IMG/VR virus record: IMGVR_UViG_3300037067_027616 | Location: 96,001 to 160,000 of that record | Source: a virus | Taxonomy: Duplodnaviria; Caudoviricetes | Strand: one strand, 5' to 3' | Length of the DNA stretch: 64,000 bases | Shown: positions 30,428 through 40,911 of the stretch, in pieces | Numbering within the stretch: the first letter of the stretch is position 1 | How the letters are laid out: each line of letters starts with the position of its first letter | Program-made: the position numbers and the translations under genes | The notes under the pieces: generated by a model | Told to the model about the DNA's origin: nothing | Seen by the model: the letters and a program-made list of their open reading frames with translations, nothing else | Databases searched by the model: none

Positions 30428-31198
30428 TCAATCATCCTCCAGCCAGAGAAATGTTTTTTCCGTGGCAAGTAATCCGTACCGTCCGTTACCGTGTTTCGGA
30501 AACTCCGATGAGTACCAGACGTAAGGCATACCCGGACGGTGTTCCACCTTGATGTCCCGACCCGATGCCCGCCATGCGTTCTCGTAAACCGTCAGGTAGT
30601 GGTACACAGAACCATCTTCATTTTTGTTCTCGGTGTAGTGTATGTTCGGGGTGCCATCCAACCCCACGTACCTCTCAAGAAATCTCTCGACCACACCCCG
30701 ACCCTTGCGACCGATGGTATGAAAGTCTGTGGGCTTGTACTTCCCGCCATGCTGTCCGCTCGTGCCTGCCCAAAGGTTTTGTATCTCCGTCTCGGTAATG
30801 AAACGGCGGTCAAACCTCTTGGCGAACTGCTCATAGCCTTTGAAACTCTTTGCCCGCGCCACATCCACAAGGCTGTATCCTACAACCCTGTCCAAGAACC
30901 GATACCCTGCATAGAAGCCGGACAGGGTGCCATGCTCGGACTTGTGGTATGCATAACAAAAGGAGTCGTTTGTTTTGTCCTTGAAGAACCCGGAGAACAT
31001 GTGCTTGTCGGTCACCTTGCGGCGATACCGGTTCACGTGAACCTCGACCGGCTCGCTGAACCTCAACTCGAATCGCCAAAGGCGCCCCAAGGTGAGGAGG
31101 TCCTCTTCCAGGCTGCCCGTCCCGGCAAGGATCTTGCGTACAGCCTCGCCGCGCGCCCCCGTCTCCGCCGCGAAGAGCGCGATGTTATCAGGCAACAT
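30428..31198 (-). CDS. hypothetical phage protein
   Basis: 256 aa ORF ending WYSSEF...GNGRY. Confidence 0.75.
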   Translation of the reverse strand: MLPDNIALFAAETGARGEAVRKILAGTGSLEEDLLTLGRLWRFELRFSEPVEVHVNRYRRKVTDKHMFSGFFKDKTNDSFCYAYHKSEHGTLSGFYAGYRFLDRVVGYSLVDVARAKSFKGYEQFAKRFDRRFITETEIQNLWAGTSGQHGGKYKPTDFHTIGRKGRGVVERFLERYVGLDGTPNIHYTENKNEDGSVYHYLTVYENAWRASGRDIKVEHRPGMPYVWYSSEFPKHGNGRYGLLATEKTFLWLEDD

Positions 31199-31201
31199 GC
31201 T

Positions 31202-31717
31202 TCACCTCCCGGTTACTTTTTCCCTGTGGGCCGCATACCCTTTGCGGATGATTTCACTGAAGCGATGTTTGAATACCGTTTCCGGGGGCAGATTCTTAAC
31301 CTTTATGAACTCGACAGGCTCGCCCTCGCCGCCCTTGTAGGGGGCCATAACAATGTCCTCGTGGTCATTTGTCACCGACACACCGAAGACGACGATGCAC
31401 TCCGTCCTCATGGACTTCGGGTACGTCAGCGGGGCTTCGGTGGCGTCAATGTCCTCGGGTTTGGTGTCGGAAGGCAAACTTCTGAACGCCGCATCCCACA
31501 CCATAGCCACGTAGTCACCCTCGAAGAGACTCGCCGCAATCCCTGCGGCATAAGCGTTTATGCCTTTGCTGTCATTACACTCATTAGCTTCATAAGAGAG
31601 GGGCATTATTTTGACCAACTGCCCCGCCTTGAAGATGAAAGAGACGGGGTATATGTAACCGTCGTTGACCAAGTTCTGCTTCGCCGCTTCAAGTATCTTC
31701 TCAAGAGCCTTACGCAT
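31202..31717 (-). CDS. hypothetical protein
   Basis: ORF with GGAGG SD. Confidence 0.7.
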   Translation of the reverse strand: MRKALEKILEAAKQNLVNDGYIYPVSFIFKAGQLVKIMPLSYEANECNDSKGINAYAAGIAASLFEGDYVAMVWDAAFRSLPSDTKPEDIDATEAPLTYPKSMRTECIVVFGVSVTNDHEDIVMAPYKGGEGEPVEFIKVKNLPPETVFKHRFSEIIRKGYAAHREKVTGR

Positions 31718-32140
31718 GACGGCCTCCCGTCAGTATTCGCTGGGGAAAAGGAATGTCCCTACGTAGTGGCTCCCGTAGTCATCGAGCTTCAGCCAAAAGG
31801 TATCCGTGGGGAGCGACTCGAACGAACTGATGATGGTCTTTTCATCCAACTTGGAATCGTTGTTGAGGAAGTACCCGGCACTCCGTATTTGCATGGTGTC
31901 GTCCTTCACCTCGAACACCAACATATCCACGGCGTGTTTCTGCAACGCCTTCAGAGCCTCGTGGATGTACATGGTACCCTCTATCCCGCCGAACTTCTCC
32001 GACCACGTCGCCGTACCAACAAACTTGATTTCTTTTCCGTTGACGGTCACCATGATCACAGTCCCTTCTTTGAGGTTGCCCGGATGATCCACTTGTGAAT
32101 GACTTTAAAGATGCGCATAGACACCTCCCGGTTAAAGGAT

Positions 32141-32169
32141 AATGTACTAAAATAATATACGTTTGTCAA
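32141..32169 (-). promoter_or_regulatory. sigma70-type promoter
   Basis: TTGACA-N17-TACATT. Confidence 0.8.
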
Positions 32170-32384
32170 CAGGAAACTTCAGGATTTTCAAGAAAGGGGA
32201 TTCACGTGCTTCGGTTTGGGAGCGGCTATGCATACTCTCACCGCGCTGCGTACCCTTCGCCACTCCAACCCGGACTTGATGCGGCGTGCTTGGGCGAGGA
32301 CCTTCGCTTCATCCTCGCCCGTGGCGGTCACACCTACCTCACCAGAGTCCTCGAAGGACACCCACCATTGGAAGGCTGTCCCAT

Positions 32385-32981
32385 TCATGCGGTTGCCGCC
32401 TGCGGGAACAAGTCCAACTGCTCCCCGTTACTTTTCAAGTCGCCGTCCACTTCCGCACGGGCCTCATTAAGGAGGCCGGACTTCTCAAAGTCACCGAGGA
32501 AGCCCCACACGGAGGCGATGACGTCCCCGTCCTTGTCGGTGACCTTGAATCCGTAAGCGTCACCCCGAAGGTAGTGGTCATACTCTTCGACCTCGGCCTG
32601 GAGGATGCCCATGAGGCGCTCGCGGCGCCGCGGGGTCACGACCTTCCACCCCATTTCCTTGCGGGCCTTTTCGAGGTCGATGAAGATGACTCCCACACAG
32701 CTCGTGTCCCACCCCTGCGGGTCGCACGCATACGTCCCCGTGCTGATTGTTATACCGCTGTGGTCGAGAAGGTACAACGGAAGATGCACCGGGTTAGTGT
32801 TCTTCAGGTGTTCCAGAAGGCTCTCACGGGTGTACCCGTGGTCCTTGTCCCCGAGGGTGTAGCGACTGTGGAAGCACACCATCGTTCCGAGGTTGTCATT
32901 CTCACGGGGGTCGAAGGGTTCCTCGTCCTGTATAACCTCTATCTTATACCCCTTGTACTTCTGCGTGCTGATAACGGTCAT
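32385..32981 (-). CDS. conserved phage hypothetical protein
   Basis: DPRENDNLG..LPLYLLDHSGITIST..WD...G..YLRGDAYG..WGF.G motifs. Confidence 0.75.
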   Translation of the reverse strand: MTVISTQKYKGYKIEVIQDEEPFDPRENDNLGTMVCFHSRYTLGDKDHGYTRESLLEHLKNTNPVHLPLYLLDHSGITISTGTYACDPQGWDTSCVGVIFIDLEKARKEMGWKVVTPRRRERLMGILQAEVEEYDHYLRGDAYGFKVTDKDGDVIASVWGFLGDFEKSGLLNEARAEVDGDLKSNGEQLDLFPQAATA

Positions 32982-33486
32982 GTCATCCTCCGGGTTAGAA
33001 CCTTTAGTTGAATACACTTGTACGTGACCTTCTTGCAACCCTCCAAAGCTTTTCCAAACTTCACCAGTTCATCTGGAGAATCAGTGTTGACGGTCACAAC
33101 CATAGCACTTCCTTCTTCATTGCTGTGCCATTTACAAGGCAGTCCGGTCTTCTCCAACTTGTTCAAAGTTTCAAGTGGAGCATCGACCTCAATCTCTTTA
33201 ATCATACCGGGCAATGCTCGTGTTCGTATGAACCGTAGGGCTTGCCATCGAAGTCGGCAAGCATCTCATGGGGAAGTCCGGTACGCCCGCACTGCACACA
33301 CCGGAGAACGACCGTCCCCTCGATGTCCCGTGACCTCGAAGGGGCCGCCTGCACTGGAGCCAGGCGCCGGAGGCCGAGGACCTTCGCTACATCCTTCAGC
33401 GACGGGAGGAGTCCTTCCGCCACCGCCATCTCCATGCCGTCCCCCCGCAGGTACGCAAGTCTGACCTCGCTCATGCTACCCTCCCG

Positions 33487-33921
33487 TCATCTCTTGAGGA
33501 CATACCGTAACGCCTTGGCCACCTCCAGGGAGGAGATGTCCAGGCCTTCCAGGGTCAGGGCACCGAGGAGCCGTGCCGCATCTTTCGGCAGGTGTTCCCC
33601 GTCCACGTACACTTCGTTACCCTTGTGGGTCACCAGCACATCTCCCCCGAGGATGTACGTCACCGCCGTACCGTCCGGCAGGGAGGACTTTGTAGACTTC
33701 GAAGCGTCTTTGTTTTCGCGTGTCATCCACACGAAAGTAGGCTCACGTTTGCGGCTCTCGAACTGCGCTGTCTTGTTCTGGTAGTCGATGGAGAAAATAC
33801 CGTCCTCCACCCCATCGGGGATGTGTCCGGGGTTCACCACCGGGAAGGTCTGTTGCAAGTTACCGTCCACCGCGAACACCTGTTGCCCGTGGCGCAGTAC
33901 GCGCAATCGCTGAAGGTTCAT
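33487..33921 (-). CDS. hypothetical protein
   Basis: AAAGGA SD. Confidence 0.65.
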   Translation of the reverse strand: MNLQRLRVLRHGQQVFAVDGNLQQTFPVVNPGHIPDGVEDGIFSIDYQNKTAQFESRKREPTFVWMTRENKDASKSTKSSLPDGTAVTYILGGDVLVTHKGNEVYVDGEHLPKDAARLLGALTLEGLDISSLEVAKALRYVLKR

Positions 33922-33934
33922 GCGGTCATCCTTT

Positions 33935-34570
33935 CTATATCTTATCAAGGAAGTCGGTTACGTCTTTGCAGTGTTCAAGCAGGGAGGCGATGTCCGCGAT
34001 GTCCCCCGCCGATATCTTTTTACCATCGTCCCGTTTGGCTTCAACTACTTGGGTTATCTCCGGCATGTACTCGGGTTCCTTTGGCTCGGGGTACTCGTGT
34101 TCCTCCACACCTTTCGGAGTCACCACCACGATGTGCCGGATACCTTGCGCCTTCCCAAACACCTCGACCATCAACTTCGCAGCGAATTCATCCGAGGTAA
34201 CGGCCACCACCACGACCACGGCGGGCCGTACCATGATCAAGGCATTCAACCCGAACTCCGGGAGTTGCTTTGACACTTTGCGCAGACGTTCCTTAACCAT
34301 GGCGGGGTCACACCCCTTGAAATTCGAGTCGCTGATCCACCGCACCTCGACACCCTTGGCCTTCGAGTTGTGTTCGATGGCCTTCTTGAACGCGCCGAGG
34401 TCCAGGGACCCGGTGGTCTCTGGGGGAAGAAGCATGTACGCAATGTCCTTGCCCGCTGGTACCGGGATGAGGACGGAGTCGCAGCCCGCCTTGGCGAACC
34501 CCTCGCGTCCACCGGGGAAGTGGACGGCGATGGTCTTTTCAAGATACATACCCATCAAGTAACTTGGCAT
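33935..34570 (-). CDS. hypothetical protein
   Basis: ORF directly downstream of promoter 34591-34619. Confidence 0.75.
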   Translation of the reverse strand: MPSYLMGMYLEKTIAVHFPGGREGFAKAGCDSVLIPVPAGKDIAYMLLPPETTGSLDLGAFKKAIEHNSKAKGVEVRWISDSNFKGCDPAMVKERLRKVSKQLPEFGLNALIMVRPAVVVVVAVTSDEFAAKLMVEVFGKAQGIRHIVVVTPKGVEEHEYPEPKEPEYMPEITQVVEAKRDDGKKISAGDIADIASLLEHCKDVTDFLDKI

Positions 34571-34590
34571 GATTTACTCCTTCCACTTTT

Positions 34591-34619
34591 AATATACCAA
34601 AGTAACACGGGCCTGTCAA
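34591..34619 (-). promoter_or_regulatory. sigma70-type promoter
   Basis: TTGACA-N17-TATATT. Confidence 0.85.
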
Positions 34620-34952
34620 CGCTATTCTACTTCGTACCCCATGTTTTTGACAACGGCCCACAGGCTCACGATGCTTGCGAACTGATCCGCAGGGGTGTAC
34701 TTCACGATCACAAAGTCACCTTCCGCGAGTCGGTAGTCAATGGAGTCAATGTTAAGCACGGCGAATCGCACCACCTTGCCTTCCGGCAGTCTGACTTCTA
34801 CGCCGTACGTATAGGTGGCACCCGGAGGGGCATTAAATATTTCGCCAAGGGAGAAGCATATATCGTCTTTCGTTTTAACCGTTTCGTGTAGCATGTCATC
34901 CTCCTGCGGTTGGACCTCGGGGCCGGGCGGCCCCGAGGATGTTGAGTAGAAC

Positions 34953-35744
34953 CTATGCCGTCACCGGCACGCCCTTCAGCGTCGCTTCCGCCTCGGCCTC
35001 CATCTTGGCCTTGGCTTCGGCGGCTATTTTGCGATCCTCGGCCTTAATCGTTTTGTTATTGGCGATCTCGTCCACGAACCGAGGCGTGAACTCCGGCACC
35101 ACACTGAACTTGTGTAGCTTGTTCATGGCGATGTCAAGGTAGTCGGCCCGATCCGCACTCGTCTTGAGTGCAAGGCGGCACAACCACGACACCCACCCAC
35201 TCACCTGTGCCGCCGAAAGCGGCTTGATGTTCGGGTTGTTCTTGTTGATGAAGTCGGCGATAGGCTGACAGTCACCGCCGTCCATCAGTTTCTGGTTAGC
35301 GTTCCACCACTTGTTGATGGCATCACGGCCATCGGGCGGGATGTCGTTTTCCTTGCGGGAAACTTTGTTCACCACATCCTTCAGCCTGCGGAACTTGCCA
35401 CCCGCCTCCACCGTCTGGTGAAGGGTGGGCATACGGACGTTCGTGCCACCGCCCACAGGTTTCTCGACCACCTTGATCTCGGTGACCTTGACCTGTTTTT
35501 CCACGACCTTCTCACGGATGACTTCACGCACCCGGAAGAACTCTTCGATCTTCTCACGGGTATAACGCTCCGTCAACTCCACGAACTTCGGATCGTTCGT
35601 GATGGACGGGTCACTCTCCGCAAGCATCGGCAACACGAGTCCACCGAACACCATCTCCCACGGCTTCAGCATGTGGGAGTGTTCCGGGGTGAGTGTCTTG
35701 GCACTCACGGCGGCGATGACTTCGGTCAGCAACTTCGTGTCCAT
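34953..35744 (-). CDS. hypothetical protein
   Basis: GGAGG SD; downstream of promoter; followed by a GC hairpin at 34915-34938. Confidence 0.75.
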   Translation of the reverse strand: MDTKLLTEVIAAVSAKTLTPEHSHMLKPWEMVFGGLVLPMLAESDPSITNDPKFVELTERYTREKIEEFFRVREVIREKVVEKQVKVTEIKVVEKPVGGGTNVRMPTLHQTVEAGGKFRRLKDVVNKVSRKENDIPPDGRDAINKWWNANQKLMDGGDCQPIADFINKNNPNIKPLSAAQVSGWVSWLCRLALKTSADRADYLDIAMNKLHKFSVVPEFTPRFVDEIANNKTIKAEDRKIAAEAKAKMEAEAEATLKGVPVTA

Positions 35745-35763
35745 ACTACCTCCCATTGAAAGG

Positions 35764-35792
35764 AATATACTAAAATAATACCCGTCTGTCAA
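35764..35792 (-). promoter_or_regulatory. sigma70-type promoter
   Basis: TTGACA-N17-TATATT. Confidence 0.85.
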
Positions 35793-35815
35793 CAACTTTC
35801 TTGAAAAACCTGAAA

Positions 35816-37522
35816 CTATTTTGACCGTTCGGAGCGATGACGACCAAGTATCTCGGTCATCCTCTTGACCAAATATGTTCCTATTTGATCGGGCAAAAGG
35901 TCTATGAAGTCATCACCAAAGATCGGTGACAACTTAACCTGTATACCCACGCCGATGACGACCACGCCGTTTTTGCGCATGGCATCCACCACCTCGCGAC
36001 ATGCACCTGTACCTTGATCACAATTCGGTTGACCATCAGTCAACACGATGGCGATCTTTTTGTTCTCGCGGCGGGTGAGCAACCTCTTGGCCATGATTAT
36101 CATGGACGACCCAAGCGGCGTGCCGCCGAAACCAAACGGATACACCCGCGTCATGGCTTTTCCCTGCCATGTTTCTTCAAATGACTTTGACATAAGATGA
36201 TACTCGCGGGAAAAATACGCTACTTCAAAAGGCACCTGTGCCTTGTTAAAGTAGTACGCCATGCCATGCACCACCAAAGCGGAATATGTGTTCCGATTGT
36301 GATTCTTCATGGACGAACTTCCATCTATCAAGATGGACACGGCCGCCCTGTCAAGTCCGCCCTCACGGCACTGCGTGTATAAGTCCTTGCGTACATCCAT
36401 GCGATCACCCACGAGTGACCGCACGTCCAGGCGCCCGCAAGTCCGGTTATACACGGTCACCGGACGGTTATACGCAATCATTTCACGGGTCATTCTGCAC
36501 CCGTCCGCACCAAGCAACTTGACACCTTCTGCGGATAGTTCCTGTGCGTTTTTGATGTCCCCGTTATCCATTTGGTAAACACGGTTCTCGTCAACTTTAA
36601 TATTGTTGTGTTCCTCTGCCGATACCTCGGCACGTTCCTTGATCATCTCGGAGATCGTTTTGCCCTCGGCCTCTTCGATCTCTTTGATTATCTCGTCCAC
36701 TTCTTTGGCGGCAGCTTTCTTCTGCGCGGGAGTCAGTCCACCCGCACCATTGGCACCCTCGGAGTCCTCGGCATCCTCGGAGTCCTCGGCATCCTCGGAG
36801 TCCTTGGCACCCTCGGAGTCCTCGGCATCCTCGGAGTCCTTGTCACCTTCGGCACCCTTGGAGTCCTGTTTTTTCTGGTGCTGTTCGGCATCCTGTTCAA
36901 GCATCTTGCGTAGACGCTCGAACACCACCTGGCCCAGGTCAATCGTCTGTTGCGGGTCAGTGGCGTCGACCACGGCATCGACCACATCGGACAACGCACG
37001 GTCATAAATGTCATCGACCGTCTTTGACGTGTTGATGTCCGCGACCACACCTAACTGTTTGCACCGTGCAACAACCAGAAGCTTACACAATGCACCACGC
37101 ACGGCGGTAGGCACATCATCCGCCATGAACACCTTGTCTGTGCCTAAACGGGAAGCGGCTTTCTTAAACGTGCGGTAGAACCCCGCACGCCACGCCCTTA
37201 ACCCCGGATAGTTCCGAAGTTCCTGTGCGTTCTCTACTCGTACATCCTCGATACAATTTCTCACATAGTGTTCGAGTTTGTTAGTGGCCATGCCGACACT
37301 GAACGACCCTTCGGTGATGTGTGCCGGCTCGTGGCTGATCATGTGCGTGTGTATGGCTACGTCCATGTCATCCGCCGTGATCGGAATCTGCGGGATGTAA
37401 ACGGTTTTGCCATCGGTGCAGGCGTTTCTTTTGCCGATGACGACCGACACGTTCTCGCCGGACATGAGGCGACAAAGCGCCTCGGTACGGCTGAACACGT
37501 TCTTTATATAATCCCGTATCAT
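35816..37522 (-). CDS. CobT-like VWA-domain protein
   Basis: ACTDGK, HEPAH, N.IEDVRVE; acidic linker; GRLD; DGSSSM, GGTP, LTDGQP MIDAS motifs. Confidence 0.85.
   Translation of the reverse strand: MIRDYIKNVFSRTEALCRLMSGENVSVVIGKRNACTDGKTVYIPQIPITADDMDVAIHTHMISHEPAHITEGSFSVGMATNKLEHYVRNCIEDVRVENAQELRNYPGLRAWRAGFYRTFKKAASRLGTDKVFMADDVPTAVRGALCKLLVVARCKQLGVVADINTSKTVDDIYDRALSDVVDAVVDATDPQQTIDLGQVVFERLRKMLEQDAEQHQKKQDSKGAEGDKDSEDAEDSEGAKDSEDAEDSEDAEDSEGANGAGGLTPAQKKAAAKEVDEIIKEIEEAEGKTISEMIKERAEVSAEEHNNIKVDENRVYQMDNGDIKNAQELSAEGVKLLGADGCRMTREMIAYNRPVTVYNRTCGRLDVRSLVGDRMDVRKDLYTQCREGGLDRAAVSILIDGSSSMKNHNRNTYSALVVHGMAYYFNKAQVPFEVAYFSREYHLMSKSFEETWQGKAMTRVYPFGFGGTPLGSSMIIMAKRLLTRRENKKIAIVLTDGQPNCDQGTGACREVVDAMRKNGVVVIGVGIQVKLSPIFGDDFIDLLPDQIGTYLVKRMTEILGRHRSERSK
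36752..36867. repeat. 18-bp coding tandem repeat (EDSEDA/EDSEGA)
   Basis: repeated ctcggagtcctcggcatc units. Confidence 0.85.
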
Positions 37523-37550
37523 GATCCCCCCTTGTGGGGGCGCGGCGCTT

Positions 37551-38687
37551 TTAGCGCCACGCCAATTCGGTCTGCACTGCCTCGGCGGTACCCTTGTCCG
37601 CCGTTTTGCCCACGAACGTAGGCCATGCGGCAGGCACTACGACCTTTGACCATAGGTCACTGTCGCAAGTACCAGAGAACCCGCGTTTGATACCCCGCGC
37701 CACCTCGCGGCACCATGATTCGGTTTCGCGGTGTGACACGATGAGATCGATGCTCCGCCCCTCGTACAGGGCGCGGATGTTGTTCGCCGCCGCGACCATC
37801 TTTTTAATGATGGTCAACGGGACTTCCGGCACACGGGCCTTCAACAACTTGGCCTCGGAATCCGGAACCATGTACCGTACTTCGACCATGTAAGATACGC
37901 GGGTCATCAGCGCACGGCTCTGTATCTGCGTGTGCGCATACTCCGCCACGTTCTCGCCGAACCCTATGGAGTTTCCGGCGAGTATGCTACGGAATCTCGG
38001 ATGCTTTTCGTACGACTTGCACCCGTTGATCCAATACTGCAACTTGCGTATCTTGCGGTCAAACAGCGGGTGACATACCGCGTTCACCCCGGCAGGAACT
38101 ACGTCACACTCATCGAAGAAGAAGACATGGCCTTCGACTGCCGCGTTCAACGCCTTGCCAAGGCGTTCGACCACGACCCGGTTACCGTGGCCATCGTAGG
38201 CCAGATCAACATCACCGATCAACTCGGCAACACGCGTTTCCGGCGAGCCGTTCAACTGATCAAGGACGTAGGGAACATCTTTGTACGGCTCAAGGTCCTC
38301 GGCCTGTTTCCCGGCCTTGACCTGTGCGGCGTTCCGTGCGAACACCTTGCGGTTATGTTCCCGCACGGGATTGTTGAACAGGTCAACAAGGTGACTGACA
38401 AGCGTACCCTTGCCGGAACCCGAAGGCCCATACAGGTACACCACTTCATCACCGATCACCGCGTCCGCCACCTCTTTGACCGGGACTTCCCGGTTACCTT
38501 GGAACAGGATGCCTGTGTCAATGTAATCCGGCACCGATGCCGTGATCAACTCTGGCGGCGGCTCGATGGCATGTATCTTCGCCATCTCAACTTCGCGTGC
38601 CGCACGCTCGACTTTCGCCGTGTCCGTCTTGCTCAATTTGTCGAGCAAGTCACAAACCCCGGCGACCGAAGCATTCATTTCGCTCAT
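37551..38687 (-). CDS. CobS/CbbQ/MoxR-type AAA+ ATPase
   Basis: GPSGSGKG Walker A, FFDECD Walker B, HPRFR..AGN, ALMTR. Confidence 0.85.
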   Translation of the reverse strand: MSEMNASVAGVCDLLDKLSKTDTAKVERAAREVEMAKIHAIEPPPELITASVPDYIDTGILFQGNREVPVKEVADAVIGDEVVYLYGPSGSGKGTLVSHLVDLFNNPVREHNRKVFARNAAQVKAGKQAEDLEPYKDVPYVLDQLNGSPETRVAELIGDVDLAYDGHGNRVVVERLGKALNAAVEGHVFFFDECDVVPAGVNAVCHPLFDRKIRKLQYWINGCKSYEKHPRFRSILAGNSIGFGENVAEYAHTQIQSRALMTRVSYMVEVRYMVPDSEAKLLKARVPEVPLTIIKKMVAAANNIRALYEGRSIDLIVSHRETESWCREVARGIKRGFSGTCDSDLWSKVVVPAAWPTFVGKTADKGTAEAVQTELAWR

Positions 38688-39321
38688 TGCTCCCCCTCGT
38701 TAGAGGATGTATGACTATCGGACGTCCACCGCCACGGGGGCAGTGGTTTTTGTGTATATCGCTTCAAGCCGCACGGCCCGTACTTCGGCCTTGCGGTGAT
38801 ACTCGCGGCGGTCATACTCCCGCCGTGCCTGTTGCCCGTATGTGCGAAACCTCTTCAGTTTATCTGCCATGGTGTTCGTCCTATGCGTTGATCACGTCCC
38901 GCACGTCTTTCGATGTGCCAAGGATGATCCGTAGGTTCATGATGTCATCGGCGCTGATCACCTTGCGATCCTCGTACTTCCGGTGGTCCGCTTCTATCTG
39001 CACCTTCAATGCCCACGCCGCACGTTCCGTGTCGGGCGCGGTGGGTGTTCCTCTGTGTTCGGGGTGCATGGTCATCCTCCGGGGTAAATCAGTGACAGGA
39101 TCGTTTCGTCCGGATACGCGATCCCCGGCTCGGTTATTCCCTCGTCCCGCTCGGCCTCGTATGCATCAAGCATACGATCCACCCGCCTTGCGGTGGCGAT
39201 CCCGGCCTTGCACGTTTTGATCGCTTCAAGGCGAATCTTCGCCACGGCCTTGCGTCCCCCGAGTAAATCCAAAACGTATTTGTTGTTGTGCATGTCCATC
39301 CTCCCGTGAAGGTGAAGTAAC

Positions 39322-39350
39322 AATATACTAAAACAATACGCGGTGCGCAA
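39322..39350 (-). promoter_or_regulatory. sigma70-type promoter
   Basis: TTGCGC-N17-TATATT with TTTTAG directly upstream of the -10. Confidence 0.7.
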
Positions 39351-39372
39351 CCTTTATTTCAAGTTTTTCAAG

Positions 39373-40086
39373 TTACGCGGCGACTTCGCTTTCTACCTTG
39401 TCAAGTATAACGATGTCCCCGAGTGTATCCCGAAGCACGTTGCCACGGGCCTCGGTGTCAATGTCCTTGTAGCTTCTGTCACAATCGCTAACCACGTTTC
39501 CATTGGCGGCAACGTATACCCGATCCACGTTTACATCATCGTCGTACTCTTCCACCTCGAACGGCTGAAATGCTCGCGGTTCCCGTCCGCCGATACAGTT
39601 CTCTTCCGCGCGTCCCGTGCGGATGACATACTCTTCATCTTTCGGCCCGTGACGTTCCTTGCTTAAAAACGCAAGGCCTTTGTATACGTTCGGTATGTTT
39701 ACTTCCTCGTGGAACATGTCACCGCTCACGGTCAACGCGGTGATCCCTTCTTCGGCCTCATCGAGTGTTGAATACAGATCAAGCAAACACAGGGCAAAAC
39801 GTTTTGCCGTCTTGGCGTTCGTCTTACCGTTCGTGACCACGAAAAAATTACCGATAGACACCCGCGCCGCCCGTGCGGCCTCGATCACCTTCTCAATCAC
39901 AGGCACCGCCATTGTCGGCTCGCCACCTGTGAAGGTGACGTCACCCACGTGACGCACACCCTTGAACATGGCGGCGATCACTTCGTCACTCATGTCAAGG
40001 CGCTGGGCGTTTCCCCGCAAGCAATGTTCACATTTCATGTTGCACTTGCGGGTAACTTCAACGATCAAATTGTTGATGTTCAGCAT
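39373..40086 (-). CDS. radical SAM protein
   Basis: EVTRKCNMKCEHC, FTGGEP, VTNG. Confidence 0.9.
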   Translation of the reverse strand: MLNINNLIVEVTRKCNMKCEHCLRGNAQRLDMSDEVIAAMFKGVRHVGDVTFTGGEPTMAVPVIEKVIEAARAARVSIGNFFVVTNGKTNAKTAKRFALCLLDLYSTLDEAEEGITALTVSGDMFHEEVNIPNVYKGLAFLSKERHGPKDEEYVIRTGRAEENCIGGREPRAFQPFEVEEYDDDVNVDRVYVAANGNVVSDCDRSYKDIDTEARGNVLRDTLGDIVILDKVESEVAA

Positions 40087-40134
40087 GGGGAACCTGGCCC
40101 GTGTACCACGCCCACGGGCAGGCGGTAGATGGTT

Positions 40135-40692
40135 CTACGCAACAGACACGCCCACGCCGATCGGCGCGGAGTTTATCGCTTCCAAGAAACTCACCTGGCG
40201 GGCCTCGATCATGTCGGCAAGCAATGCCGCCGCGCCCCTGTGGGCGTCCGCCTCGGCACTCATGCGGGACAGCGTTTCGTTCAGCCCGGCGATCTTCACC
40301 TTGATGCTTTCCACGTCCGCCGCCGCCGTCCGGGCCTCATCCCGGACCCTTGCAAACTCTTCCCGGCTCACCGTCCCGCCCACGCGGCGGGCCTTCTCGG
40401 TCACCCGCCCCGCCTTCTCGGCGAGGGCCTCGGCCTTGTGTTTCATCCATTCGAGTTTTCCGGCCTTGTCGGTGACCTGCATTTCGACCGCATCGGCCCG
40501 GTCAATCAGCCGCGACCTGTGCCACCGAAGATCGTTGACCGAAAATCCCGTGTCACCCGGGAACGCTCCCGGGATGCTGACCGCGAGTAAAGCGCGGTCA
40601 ATGGGCGCGGCCTCGTCACTCCGGCACGCCGCCACCAGACGCGACACCATGTCGCGCCGCCACGCGTTCGCCTGCATGATCCGGTCATTCAT
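40135..40692 (-). CDS. coiled-coil hypothetical protein
   Basis: Ala/Glu/Lys heptad-rich C-terminal half. Confidence 0.65.
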   Translation of the reverse strand: MNDRIMQANAWRRDMVSRLVAACRSDEAAPIDRALLAVSIPGAFPGDTGFSVNDLRWHRSRLIDRADAVEMQVTDKAGKLEWMKHKAEALAEKAGRVTEKARRVGGTVSREEFARVRDEARTAAADVESIKVKIAGLNETLSRMSAEADAHRGAAALLADMIEARQVSFLEAINSAPIGVGVSVA

Positions 40693-40911
40693 AAAGCCCC
40701 CCGTGTAGTTATCGGGTACACGGCCCCGTATAGGTTTCCCCGTTTGCGTACCAATCAGCGGCACCGCGTGAAGGTGGGGGTAAAACGCCGCCATGTATTA
40801 TGGGGCAGCCTTGCGACTGCCCCGTAGTAGTGTTTGCGAGTGTGTACGGTAGTTACAGGAAGGTCACCCCCTGTTAAGGTGAGAAGCGGTCACGGCCCAC
40901 GGGGCCGATTG

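Noticed and set aside
30539-32098. 519-aa plus-strand ORF
   Set aside because: It is an antisense shadow of three minus-strand genes that have SDs and a promoter.
35816-38687. true cobaltochelatase cobS/cobT for B12 synthesis
   Set aside because: There is no cobN or pathway context, and phage MoxR/VWA pairs commonly resemble these genes, so symbols were withheld.
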